DNA of 63,596 bases, counting the filler, from Intoshia linei (Eukaryota > Animalia > Orthonectida): the NCBI GenBank assembly GCA_001642005.1. It is 7 parts of 7 records of this genome, joined end to end, with 100 filler letters (N's around TTAATTAATTAA, not from the genome) between each part and the next. Parts side by side here need not be neighbours in the genome. Positions count along the whole stretch, not along the records: positions 22,486 to 29,497 come from LWCA01001610.1; positions 29,598 to 38,011 come from LWCA01001454.1; 5 more parts are not named here. One strand, 5' to 3'. Positions 25,179-37,468 of this stretch are shown one piece after another (within the stretch, counting starts at the first letter, position 1; every line of letters starts with the position of its first letter). Below the pieces are notes generated by a model, which searched no databases, was not told where the DNA came from, and worked only from the letters and a program-made list of their open reading frames with translations. The position numbers were made by a program, and so were the translations under genes.

Positions 25179-26596
25179 ATGGCTTTAAAAGATCGAAAGA
25201 AACTTAACGTTGTAGTTATTGGTCACGTTGACAGTGGTAAGAGTACTACCACCGGTCACCTTATATACAAATTGGGTGGAATTGATCCACGTGTTATGGC
25301 TAAATTCGAAAAGGAATCTAGTGAAGTAATTTGTACATTTTGTATAAATTTTAAAATTTATTTTTAGATGGGAAAAGGTTCATTCAGATATGCCTGGGTA
25401 TTGGACAATTTGCAAGCCGAAAGAGAAAGAGGAATCACAATTGATACAACTTTGAGGCGATTCAAGACAGCTGATGCTGATATTGACGTTATTGATGCCC
25501 CAGGACATCGTGATTTTATTAAAAACATGATCACCGGTGCTTCTCAAGCCGATATTGCAATTTTGGTTGTTGCAGCAACACCAAATGAATTCGAAGCAGG
25601 AATTAGCCCCGAAGGACAAACGCGAGAACATGCTTTGTTAGCTTTTACTCTTGGTATCAAACAGTTGATTATCGCTGTAAACAAAATGGACAATGCTAGA
25701 TACGCTGAAGCCAGATTTAATGAAATTAAACAAAACATGCTTTCTTTCGTAAAAAAGATTGGATTTAAAAATGACAATATTAATTTCGTACCAATTTCTG
25801 GATTCCAAGGTGACAATATGATTGAGGCATCTGCAAATATGCCTTGGTGGAAGGGTGAGACATTAGCTGACTGTATTAATAAACAACAACCACCAAAACT
25901 TTTAACTGACAAGCCTTTGAGAATTCCTTTGCAAGACGTTTACAAGATTGGAGGTAATTTTCTATTTTGTAATGTGTATTTATTATAATTTTAGGCATTG
26001 GCACGGTGCCAGTAGGTCGAGTTGAATGTGGACAATTGAAAAAAGGTACGATCGTTGTTTTTGCGCCAAGCACAATTACATCTGAAGTTAAATCTATTGA
26101 AATCCATCACAGTGCAGTTGAAGATGGAAAATGTGGTGATAACATTGGATTCAACGTAAAGAATGTTTCTCTCAAAGATATTCGACGTGGATATGTTGTA
26201 GGTGACACTAAAAATAATCCTCCAAAACGTATTAAATCGTGTGAAGCGACCGTTATTGTCATTAAGCACCCAAAAGGTATCCGAAAAGGGTATACACCAA
26301 CAGTTGATGCACATACAGCTCACATTGCCTGTAAATTTGTTGAAATAAAAGAATTGGTTGACAGAAGATCTATGAAAGTTCTCGAACAAAATCCAGAAAA
26401 GGTAAAAAGTGGTCAAGCATGTACCGCCGTTTTGGAACCTACAAAAGGAATTTGTCTGGAAAAGTTCTCCGAATATCCACCCCTTGGACGGTTTGCAGTT
26501 AGAGACATGCGACAAACTGTTGGTGTTGGTGTCATCAAATCAGTTGAATTTGAAGTTGTCGAAAAGAAAGGTGCAAAAGTAGTTAAGAAGAAATAG
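25179..26596 (+). CDS. EEF1A: Elongation factor 1-alpha (divergent). Exons 25179-25325, 25368-25953, 25995-26596
   Basis: [77 protein letters not shown] introns of 42 and 41 bp. Confidence 0.95.
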
Positions 26597-26602
26597 GCTA
26601 TT

Positions 26603-28673
26603 TTAATAAAATTTAATATAATATATAATTATTCTTTTGAACACGTGGGTTGTTTTTTCAAATATCATTTTCATTTCATTACTAACATTGAAATTTGTCA
26701 ACATCAAGACCTAAATTGATTTTGTAATTGTGTCAATAATTACTGGTTCTTTTGCATCAATTTTAAAAATTTGTTCTTGTTTTCCACTTACAATGTTTAT
26801 TACTGTCGCTCCAAATCCCTCTTCGAATTGTAGTTCTATTCTTTTTATTCTGAGTGGTTTTGTGAATTTAATTGTTAAATAATTTTTATCGTCAGAACCA
26901 ATTATCTGTTTACATTTAATTAAATTTATACAGGCTAATTCCTTTGCAATAATTATTGATCTTAAAAAAATCTCATGAGAAAAAACCTATTTAACTAGTG
27001 TTCAGATTTTATAAGTACCTTTCGAAATGTCTTAGAAACAAAAAGAACAATAAAATTGGAATTGAAAGTTAACAATTTGAAATTTTCAATAATTTAAAAT
27101 ATGAAATGTTAATTTTGTTGGTATTTATCATTGGAAATTATTTTTTTACATAATTCACTATTATTTTCTAAATGTTTGTAAAAATTAAAAAACTCATTAC
27201 AATTACATTTATTTTATAATAACAATTATAATTTTTTTAAGCATAATTAATTTTTATTAATTAATAAATTTGAAGTGATCCAAATTAAACGGGGTCTTTC
27301 GTATTTTAGAGCCAATAGTTCGAAGATTTTATATAAACTTTATTGAAAAAATAAAATTTTGTTTCTTTGTTAACAATATACATCAGTGATGGCAAAAGTT
27401 GTTTTAGTGTACAAATAGATAAGATAAAAATTTACACTTTACGTATTTTCTAATTTTATCGATAATTGATTTTCAATTGTTATAAAATTGTATTTTATAC
27501 TAAAAATAATATTGATAAATTTAATTTTTAATCAAATACCAAGAAAGTGCAGAAAAAGGAATGTTAATGAATTAAAAAATACATAATTAATGTTTAATTG
27601 TTACAATACGCTTATTAAATGGTTACATTATATTGAAACAATCTGTATAAAATTTAAAATCCAAAATAAAAAATTTTTTAAAAAAATGTATTCTTCCTTA
27701 TCGATAATACTTTGCTATACGAGCCTGAACATCTCCATTTATAACCATCTATACACACCTTTTTGGAAAAAAACATCTACGGTTGCACAATGGACATATT
27801 TTACATGAACTCATTAGACCAGTTGTTCTCAACTCGTGTTCCGCGAAATTGTCGGTTGCACAATGGACATACTTTACAATGTAAGGTTTACATGAACTTA
27901 TTAGACCTATTCACAAATAAAATAAATTAAAATAAGAAAAACCAAATTGTTTGCAAAAAGTTATGCTTGCTTCAATGTTTTTAGTTGCAATATAGAGATT
28001 TTCCGAATTGAAATCATCTAAACTCGAAATATCCATGCTCATTATAAAAAGTACAATAAATTCAATAAACTATAATTCGATTTGGTTTTATGACAATAAT
28101 TATTTTTTCAATTAAGTTTATATAAAATCTTTAAACTATTAATACTATCAATACGAAAGACCCATTAAACGACATAAAGTGTTTTTAATATAAATTTATT
28201 AAAATTTCACTTTATTAAGAAAGTGAAACATTACCCTAATCGAAAACACTCTTATTTTTTTTCTTTGTAATCCCGATTTATTAATTGACGAACTCATTCA
28301 CTTTTACTTGACCCTTAAAAAAATTTTTCACAAACTATTTATAGGGTAATATAATTTCTAACGACCTCTAAGGTTTCGACTTGATATTTTAAATTTAACA
28401 CAACAGTTACATATATGTATGACATTTAAGAATATAATTATTTTAATGCTGAATTTTAAGAAATGTGGCCCATTTTACAAAAAAAATTAAACACACATCT
28501 ACATTGTAGCTATGTACCTGATCAGACATCCAATAAGTTGAATTGTTAAGTCCTGAAAAGACAACATCTTTACTGATACGGGTACTGGGTCTAGATTGAA
28601 TTTTATTGAAAAATAATTTGTAATCTTAAAAACATAATTATATCAATAAACGAGTTTAACAATTCCGCATCAT
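26603..28673 (-). CDS. NR2C2AP: NR2C2-associated protein (TRA16)-like. Exons ~28673-28661 (uncertain), 28624-28518, 26905-26744, 26710-26603
   Basis: ...STYWMSDQ|IIGSDDKNYLTIKFTKPLRIKRIELQFEEGFGA...|...MIFEKTTHVFKRIIIYYIKFY* parallels NR2C2AP CWNSDQG..W.TLEF...IQFQGGF...FEDATDFFGRVVIY. Not present in the ORF track. Confidence 0.7.
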
Positions 28674-29258
28674 CCATATCAAGAGACAATATTTACAATA
28701 AAAATTTAGATCTGTTAGCTATTGGATTGATTTTCAAGAATAATATGAAAATAAGTATTTTACTTTATAACAAACATAATTAATTGTTCAGTTGTAAACT
28801 TTTAGTGTACCATTGTACATTTAAAAAATAAAATTGTAAATAAATGAAATGACATGTATTCTAAAGTGAATATAAACAATTAATTTATTCAAACATTGTT
28901 TAATTTCTATGCTAGTAATTAATATAGTAACTTAAACTAGATATAAACGATTAATTGTAAGTGATTAAATTATTTAACACAAAAGAAAAATTGGCAAAAT
29001 TTTTTTTGTTTATTTAATTAATATATACAGCCGTATAGAATCTTATTCTCACGGTACATTACCTGTCATACAGTCTTTGCAATAATAATATATTTGAATC
29101 TTACTTATATCAACATATTGTTAAATTAAGCGACTCTTAGGAATTTAAAATACAGAATAATATTTATGAATGTAATGACTGCATTGTATATTTATTATAT
29201 TCTCCAATTAAAAATTTAAAGTGAATGAAATGAATTTAAAGTATAAATGTATAATTAG

Positions 29259-29497
29259 TAGGGTGTCCACTTTTTTAAAGATCAAAAAGTATATTTGCCT
29301 ATATATGTATTTTTATGCGCTGATCACGATTATGTATACATTATATGTTTTAATTAAGATTTTCTTCGCCTATTTTTTAAAACGTCTTCTAATAAAATAA
29401 ACGTAAACATACCTTTATTTATTTTACAATACAATTAAATTTAATAATTAATATTGATAAATGCCAAAAGTTAATAATTTAATCTCTAAAAATGGTT
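29259..29497 (+). mobile_element. hATm-like element terminus, running into the gap
   Basis: TAGGGTGTCCACTTTT...CTTCGCCTATTTTTTAAAAC matches the reverse complement of ~56750-56885. Confidence 0.5.
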
Positions 29498-29597
29498 NNN
29501 NNNNNNNNNNNNNNNNNNNNNNNNNNNNNNNNNNNNNNNNNTTAATTAATTAANNNNNNNNNNNNNNNNNNNNNNNNNNNNNNNNNNNNNNNNNNNN

Positions 29598-30201
29598 GTT
29601 AATTATTTCACATTTTTGGTTTTAATAAAATATTTTGGAAAAAAAATATATTAATACTAAAATGCTTTTTTGACCGTGAAGTCGTAAATTATTCGGATTG
29701 AAATTTTTTATGTGTGTTAACAAGATACAACTGTACCACCAGTAAATTTTTTCAAATTCTAGGGCTGTTTTCATTAAAAAAATAAATGTAATTTGAGGTT
29801 TTGACCCTGAAGATATAATTTTTTTAAATTTAAATTTATGGTAATGTTTATGATTTTAAAATCCGTATCAGCGTATATATTTTTTTAAATTCTCGAACTC
29901 GTTTGATTTTCAAAAAAAAGACAATTGGGATATATATTTTTTTAAATTCTCCAACTCGTTTGATTTTCAAAAAGAGGGACAATTTTTTAAATTCTCCAAC
30001 TCGTTTGATTTTCAAAAAGAGGGATAACTGGGGTTTTGACCCGCAAGATGTGAAATTGGGAGGTTGGAATTTATCTTAATATACGTCCCGGAAAAAACTG
30101 TAATTGAAATGTTATCTTTAAAAAATTTTCAGATGCGTTGTTATTTAAATAAAGTTTAACACACACACAAACAATCGCGTAGCGTTTAATACAAGTTAGG
30201 A
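29598..30201 (-). mobile_element. Helitron-like element (5' part) with an internal three-copy tandem duplication
   Basis: Family sequence ending ...ACAAGTTAGGA|T. The unit ttttttaaattctc(g/c)aactcgtttgattttcaaaaa is repeated three times at ~29880-30020. Confidence 0.7.
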
Positions 30202-30239
30202 TTTTAGTTGTCACCGATTTTTAAATAACTTTGATAATC

Positions 30240-30292
30240 GCACTCGGTAGATTTAGGTACTGTTTGTGCGAAGTACATAACAGTCAAGCTAG
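30240..30292 (+). mobile_element. Helitron 3' terminus
   Basis: Imperfect hairpin CTGTTTGTGC-GAA-GTACATAACAG followed by TCAAGCTAG|T. Confidence 0.6.
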
Positions 30293-30659
30293 TCTTTAAT
30301 ATATTTTCAATAAATCCTTATGAATTAACTGTATCAATTAAAATGGAATCTAGATTGATAGAGTAATTTAAAATAAAATGTTAAACAATTTACAATTTGA
30401 TAAAGCTTTAATTCCAATAAATATTAGGATTATAAGATTATAAACACCAAAACATGATTGACATGTGAAGAAAATGTTACACTAATAAATAATGCATTTC
30501 ATGAACAAATAACAATGCCTTATTCTTGTTTTATCAAATGAATATATTTATATTTTTTTATTTAGGCAATATTTTTTGTTTTATATATTTAATAAATAAA
30601 TAAATCCAATAAGTGTTAAAATAACATTATAAATATAAAAATTTAAATCTTAAATTTAG

Positions 30660-33600
30660 CTAAAATACAAGCTTCATATTATGATGAATTGCTTTATGAT
30701 ACATTGATTGATAATTATAATACAACGCTTTCTAGGCCCATAGAAAATGAAAATGATGCAATAGATGTAGTTTTTTCTTTAAATTTACATCAAATTATGA
30801 TTGTTGATGAGGTTAATGAAATTATGTCTGTACGTGTTTGGTTAACTTATAAATGGAAGGATTATAAATTGAAATGGGATCCTAAAAAATTCAACGGCAT
30901 AAAACAAGTTAATTTGGATGCTGATCTTATTTGGACTCCAGATATTTTGCTGTATAATAGGTAATTGGGTTTATTGTTAATTTATCATTTAATTAATTTT
31001 CTAAATATTGTTTTGTTAGACCCTTTTTTAGGAAAAAACATTTTTCTGCGATATAGTATACGATGGTTTAAAATATACATTTTTCATTTTTATATTACCT
31101 TTTTTATTAATATTAAATACATATCAATCAATATGTATCCATCCCTGTATACATCTGTTTGGTTAATCTAAATATGGTCGGTTTTTTAAATTAGAGGGGT
31201 ACCGCTCCTTTTGAAAAATACAATATTATATATTTGATATAACACTTGTTACTTGTCGTAACTTACGTTTTACTTTATATGCCTGAAAATTTTGAATAAT
31301 TTAATGTTTCTTATAATTTTATTAATTATTCAAATGTAATAAGTTGTTCACTTATTCAAATATGATTTAGTTTACAAATGTTAATTTAAAAATGTCTTTA
31401 ATTAGTGCTGATGAAGAAATTGAAACAAAATATGAAACAAAAGTAATTGTAGGTAGCGATGGGTCCATTTTCTGGAGTCCAATTGCAATAGTAAAGTTTG
31501 GGTGTTTAATTGATATAAACATGTATCCATTTGATCAACAAAAATGTCACCTCATTTACGGGTCATGGACGTATGATGACTCCAAATTAAATTTAAATAT
31601 AAAGAAATCTAAATTTGGTATATCAAATTATGTCCAAGATGGAGAATGGATATTAAATGGTGATGTATAATTATATTTAGATTATTGTAAATCGGATTAG
31701 AATTAAGAGGTTTAAATAAAACCGCGCGTCATTTTTTGCCGAGTAACTATCTAATCTAAGCCCTAGAGGTTAAGGTTTACAGATGTATAGATTTAAATGT
31801 GGCTTGTTTGAGACTCCTGGATTGAATTCATATTTTATCTTTTTAATGTATATAAACTTTAGAATCATACATTAAGAAAGTTAGCACTGTATTCGAAAAC
31901 CATACTTATACAAAGTTATATTTTGAAATGCAACTTACACGTAGATATTGGTATTATATAATCAACATTATATCTCCGTGTGTCATGATCTCTTCAATTA
32001 CTTGTTTTATTTATTTTATACCAATCGAATCTGCTCAATCAGTCAGTCTCAGTAATACATTTCATAATATATGTATTAACCCTTTCATTGTCTGTGTATT
32101 CTATACTATACACAGCAATTTCACTTCACACGCAGTGGCGTAGCGTGACTTTTCTCACAAGGTGTTCGGGAATGGTTCCTTGGTAACATAAAATTTTTAA
32201 ATAAAGTTAAAATTAATACCGAAATATAAAGAAATGTTCATAAGGGGTCGCGAATACAGAAAATTTGAAAACCACTTCTATAAAGTATGCTTGACAGATA
32301 ACTTGTATTTGATATGAATTTAATGTTTCATTCTTGTAAATATAATTTTTTAACAATTAGAAATAGAATACTGTATTTAAATTAAAGTCTAAATCTATAT
32401 CTAACTGTATGTTGTTCATTTTATTTTCAACACACCTTGAGTAAAATTTGACAATGTAAATCTCTATAGAAAATATTTATTCAATTTTTACAATGTACAA
32501 ATTTATTTTAATTGAAATTTATGATGAGTTTAAAATTTTGTACTGATGTTTTTTAAAGATAGATTTTAACAGATAATTTATTATTGACATTGTATATGAA
32601 TATCGAATATGAACTATGATGTGATATCGAACTTAAATTATAAAAATTATGTTATTTATTAAATATAATTTTTTTAAATTTTAAATTGTCTAGAGTGTTC
32701 GGCGAACACCTTGCACACTATGACGCTACGCCACTGTTCACACGTATGTGTATTCTATGATATACACAGCATAATTTTGAAAAACTTTTATTTTCATAGA
32801 TTTTAACATATGTAATTTAAAAATAATACATGTTTAAATTAAAACATAAATTCCAGATGTGTCGTGATGCATCATATTATAGTGTTAGACAGTGAAAGGG
32901 TTAATATATTTATAAAACAAACTTTATAATTAGACAGCTGTAGATAAAATATGTCGATTATTAATTGGATCATAATCGTTTCGATTTTATTGATTCATAA
33001 ATTATCAATGATAATTGATCATGCAAATAATTATTAAAATTTTGTTTGTCTATATTTTTTTCGATTGAATTTAAAAAATCTGACAATATATTCATCATAA
33101 TACATATATAGTTTTTTTAGGTTAAATTTTTGATCTAGATCACTGAAATAAACTGTAACAAAATAAGATTTGACCGTAACTTTGTAAAATTGAATTTTTA
33201 TATATGTTAACTGGAAATATCTTTATTAGTTGTCATTTTTTTAAAATTCTCAGGCAATTAGTTATTTTTCCATTTTTCAAAATAATGCGTAATTTGTGGT
33301 TTTGACATTGAAGATGCACTTATTGATGTTGTAATTTTATGATCTCATCATCATGCTGATGAATTTAAAAAGTATCCAAAAATTTTAGTTTTTTAAAATT
33401 ATAAAAATTGTCATTTAAAAAAAAAAGAAAGAGTAATTGGGGTTGTGTCTCGAAGGTGCCAATTTACAATTTGAAATTTATCTTAATTTATGCGCAGAAA
33501 AAAACTAATTAGAATTTTTGATTTTGAAATTTCTGGGTCAGTTAGTTTTCTCAATAATGTAAGTTATGTAAGTAAGAATTAACACTTATTAATTAAATAA

Positions 33601-36038
33601 TTTAAATTCAAGTTTATTTTACTGTAAACATCGATAATAACAAAGTTATTTTTCAAAATATGAAAAGTAAATTAATTGTTGAAATTTAAATTTAATTTTT
33701 TGACGGTGAACATATTAATTTCCGATATCAACACATACCTTCTTGTCTATAAAATTAAAAACTGCATCCAAATTAACTTGTTTTATGCCGTTGAATTTTT
33801 CAGGATCCCATTTCAATTTATAATCCTTATATTTATAAGTTAACCAAACACGTACAGACATAATTTCATTAACATCGTCAACAATTTTTTGTATAGTTAT
33901 CTGATTATTTGTATTATCAGGATCAGATCGTAACTTATCAAGCCATAGGCCACTTGATAATAAAAATATTTCATGCGAATTTTACCAATATTGCAAAGAA
34001 TTGTAATAAATATCAAAATGATAATAACAAAATTGTACTTTTAGTAATCGTTGTTGTAGTTTTAATTTAAATTTTATACAAAATGAGTATTTGAAATTTA
34101 AAATTTGTGTAGCAATTAAAAAATATTCGAAGGAATGAATTATATAGATTTTCACCCATATTCATAGACGTTCAATGCACAGCTTTTTTGAAATTGTAGG
34201 ATCAATATTTACATTTTCAATTTTTATTTAAATCGAAATATTTAAAAAATATATTAAAATGTATTTTTCACCGGGAATGCGTAGATTTATGGGGTTTAAA
34301 TTTTGTATTTATATCAACTGGAATAAACTCCATCAGATTAATCTTTTTTTTTAATTTTCGGACCGTTAATTATTTCATATTTTTTGTTTTACATAATTGT
34401 TAATAAAATATTTCAGCAAACAAATATATGAATATTAAAATGCTTTTTTGACAGTGAAGGCGTCACTTATTCAGATTGAAATTTTTTGTGTGTGTTAACA
34501 GGATACAACTGTACTACCTGTAAATTTTTTGAAATTCTAGGGCTGTTTTCATAAAAAAAGAAGGGTAATCATTTTTTTAAATTCTAGAGCTGTTTTCATT
34601 AAAAAAAAAAGTAATTTGGGGTTTTGATATTGAAGACTTATTTTTAAGAATAAACTTATGATTTTATAATAAAAACATAAAATTCTTGGAAATCATAATA
34701 TTTATTGTATAGTCAAAACCGTTATAAAGGTGACTAGACTTATATGACACTATTCATCTTTTGCTGGTTTTTAGCCTATCTTTAATTTTTTTGAGGCCTC
34801 GAGCTTCATTGGTTCAGCATTTTTGTCAATAAATTATTATTTAATAGTTCCCTGTTAAAACGTTTCATTTTATTTCATACATTTGTTTTATAGATGTTAC
34901 AATATTGCTTTCTCTAAGTTTATACTCAATCATATTGATAAATTACATACCGCCTACTTCTATATCGATTTGTATATTACGTAATATTATACTTTTATTA
35001 TACAAAATTTTATATTTATTTTAGTTAAATATTTTATGCTATTAATTACGATATCAGGCACATCCTTGATTAGTTCTATATATCTTGATAATACATTTAA
35101 TCGTACTACAAAATTACGTGAAATGGATCGTATGGTATATTTTAATATTACTAATAACCCCTTAAATTTTATTAATATAATAAAAGTTAAAATGAAATGG
35201 AAACACAAACAATGATATCGTTTACTTGTAAAGATAACACAATAATAAAAATTTATTCAGTCCAAGATGACTAATTTATTTGAATTTTAAAGATTAAAAC
35301 CAAGCAAATTGTAACTATTTCTAACTGTCAAAATTAACAATTATTTTATATTTACATATTAATACATGTAATGATAATCCATTATTATCGAAAAATTTGG
35401 ATATAATATATCAGTAGTTCAGATTATTTTTGTTTTTGACCCCATAGGCCATGTGTAATAAAATAATTAAACATAGATAAAGGATAATAATGTTAATTAT
35501 AGCATATACGTGTGTTTCAATTTCTAACATACATCTTCAAAATAAAACGAACAATAAACAACACTTCTAAAACAAAAGAATATAATCTCATGAAAACTGA
35601 TAGAATGTTTGAAAATCGTGTCAAATTTATTAACCCAAACGAAAAATTAAATAAAAAAGATTCATTTTTACCAATTATAAGTGTATTGGGTAATTTTAAA
35701 TGAATTGAAATTAAAAAAATAAAATGAATCAAATAATTCATTTTTTAAACTCAACTTCTAGTCTGAGTCCCTCGGGAATATAAAAATTGCCACAAACATA
35801 CATTTTAATATATATTTAAGCACGACTATGCAAAGAAATTCGACAAATTGTATTAAAAGATAATTTCAAAGAGGACCCAATTGTTGATATAGGTAAATTT
35901 GAAGAATACAATGATTGGCAAGTGTATAGTATCTTATTGCATAAACTAGTGTACATGTTGGTTAGTGTTGCAATAATATCTGCGAATGTATCGATAATAC
36001 TTATCATACCATTATATGTATCATTTATTCGTAAATAA
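30660..36038 (+). CDS. Nicotinic acetylcholine receptor-like Cys-loop subunit (non-alpha). Exons 30660-30960, 31406-31659, 31863-32051, 34894-34980, 35025-35134, 35503-35689, 35821-36038; signal-peptide exon unresolved
   Basis: YNTTLSRP, VDEVNE, WKDYKLKWDP, IWTPDILLYNSAD, Cys-loop CLIDINMYPFDQQKC, GSWTY, M1 YYIINIISPCVMI, M2 VSLNVTILLSL, IPPTS, M3, and M4 after DWQVYSILLHK. No vicinal cysteines in loop C. Confidence 0.88.
32080..32900. mobile_element. piggyBac-like MITE interrupted by a hAT MITE
   Basis: TTAA|CCCTTTCATTGTCTG...AGACAGTGAAAGGG|TTAA. The flanks match the reverse complement of the 1456-1797 copy. Confidence 0.85.
32133..32736. mobile_element. hAT-type MITE nested in the piggyBac MITE
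   Basis: 14-bp TIR CAGTGGCGTAGCGT / ACGCTACGCCACTG and a perfect 8-bp TSD TTCACACG (32125-32132, 32737-32744). Confidence 0.9.
33764..33885 (-). repeat. Inverted copy of nAChR coding sequence 30800-30921 inside an intron of the same gene
   Basis: 122 bp, ungapped, 5 mismatches by manual alignment. Confidence 0.92.
34085..34660 (-). mobile_element. Internal Helitron-like fragment in the nAChR intron
   Basis: Colinear with 9340-9928 and 41180-41839. Confidence 0.7.
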
Positions 36039-36078
36039 AAAATACCATTTCCTGCCTATTTCTTATCTCACTTTCAAT

Positions 36079-36229
36079 TAAAGTGGCCTGAAAAAATACG
36101 TACTATCAGTTTTAGTTTATTTGGTGATAAATGTAAAGCCAAAACTACTTATGATGATGAATAAAAATTTTCGGCTTAAAATTTATTCCAAATAAATTAA
36201 AAGTGATTAGGTTTTTTCTGGCCACTTTA
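36079..36229. mobile_element. Tc1/mariner-like MITE between the convergent nAChR and SSU72 genes
   Basis: TA-AAGTGGCCTGAAAA...TTTTCTGGCCACTT-TA. Confidence 0.75.
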
Positions 36230-36282
36230 TTTCAATGCATTACTTAATAACTAAGTCTTAGTTGTTATGAAATAATGTGTAT

Positions 36283-37468
36283 TTAACAGGTGATAGGAGT
36301 ATAAATGATATTTCTGTCGGTGTATTTATTCTGGAACATTGTAATGATTCTTTCGACATCATCGTCGAAATCTTTACTATCTGATAACTAAATTATAACA
36401 ATAAAAAAACATGAATAATATAATAATTAATTAATAGAAATTAAAAATAAAAAAATACAATTTCACAAATATCACAAATCAAAAAAGCTCCCAAAGTTGC
36501 TTCCTCATGATTATCTTGAATATCAATATTTATAACATGCGACAAATGAGCAATATTCGATTTGCGTGCCAGTAAGGCTAAAACACATAATTATATAATC
36601 CATGTATAAAATGTTGATAATTTAAATTAGATAATACATTACTTTCGATGACGATATTGAAAATGCGTTTTTCCGTAGTAAATAATAAATCAAAATTTTT
36701 TATACAATTTTGGAATTTTTGAGGTCTCTCTTTAATTCGTCGATTTCTGTCGAGCATATTCAACATACCATTTTGTGTGTACCTTAAAATATGATTAAAA
36801 AGTAAAAAATGACATAAAAAATAGTACAAATTATAATCTTTTTGGCATAAATCTTGATAAATTTCTTCGTATGACACATCTCCAAATGCGTAAACATTAG
36901 GTCGATCAAATTTTGAACCGGGGAGTTTTACATGTGTGCCAGTTCCAAAAGAATCAATATTGTAATTTCTTTTTCTAAACATTGTATTAGATTTTACGAG
37001 ATATGATAACGTAAAATTTAATGTATAATATATTTAAGTGAACACAAAAAATTAATTTAATTTTTATGTAATATGTCTGATGATAATAATAAAAATACTT
37101 TGTCTACTTCAAAATTAAATTTTAATAAAAAATTTTTTAATCATAGAAATTTCTATATGAATATAAACATAATGTATTAAAGTTGTTTTAAAACTCAAAA
37201 TTTTTCAAAATATAACACATTCTATAATAGCATTCCTATTATACAATGTAGTTTGATAAACCCTTATTCTGATTCCAACATCTTCATGCAATAATTATTA
37301 TTTAACAAATTATCGTAATTTGTCAAAATGTTTTATAAATTCCATAAAAAAATATAACTACTGTATAATCAATTACTTTAAAAAATCGTGCGCTTCCATC
37401 GATCTGTTCATATTTGATGAACAAATTGCTGCTATATGCAAATTTGAATTTTTTTGAGTTGCAATCAT
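36283..37468 (-). CDS. SSU72: RNA polymerase II CTD phosphatase SSU72. Exons 37468-37377, 36974-36828, 36782-36643, 36577-36459, 36387-36283
   Basis: CX5R motif ICSSNMNRSMEAH, SFGTGTHVKLPG, LYTQNGMLNMLDRNRRIKERPQKFQ, HVINIDIQDNHEEATLGAFLI. Phases are consistent. Confidence 0.95.

Noticed and set aside
25380-26515. Antisense ORFs over EF-1alpha (and the short ORFs overlapping SNRNP200)
   Set aside because: These are shadow ORFs caused by codon bias of the real gene, with no recognisable protein features.
26906-26986. Open-frame extension upstream of the NR2C2AP-like middle exon
   Set aside because: Homology (WMSDQ|...) favours the acceptor at 26906 joined to exon 28624-28518.
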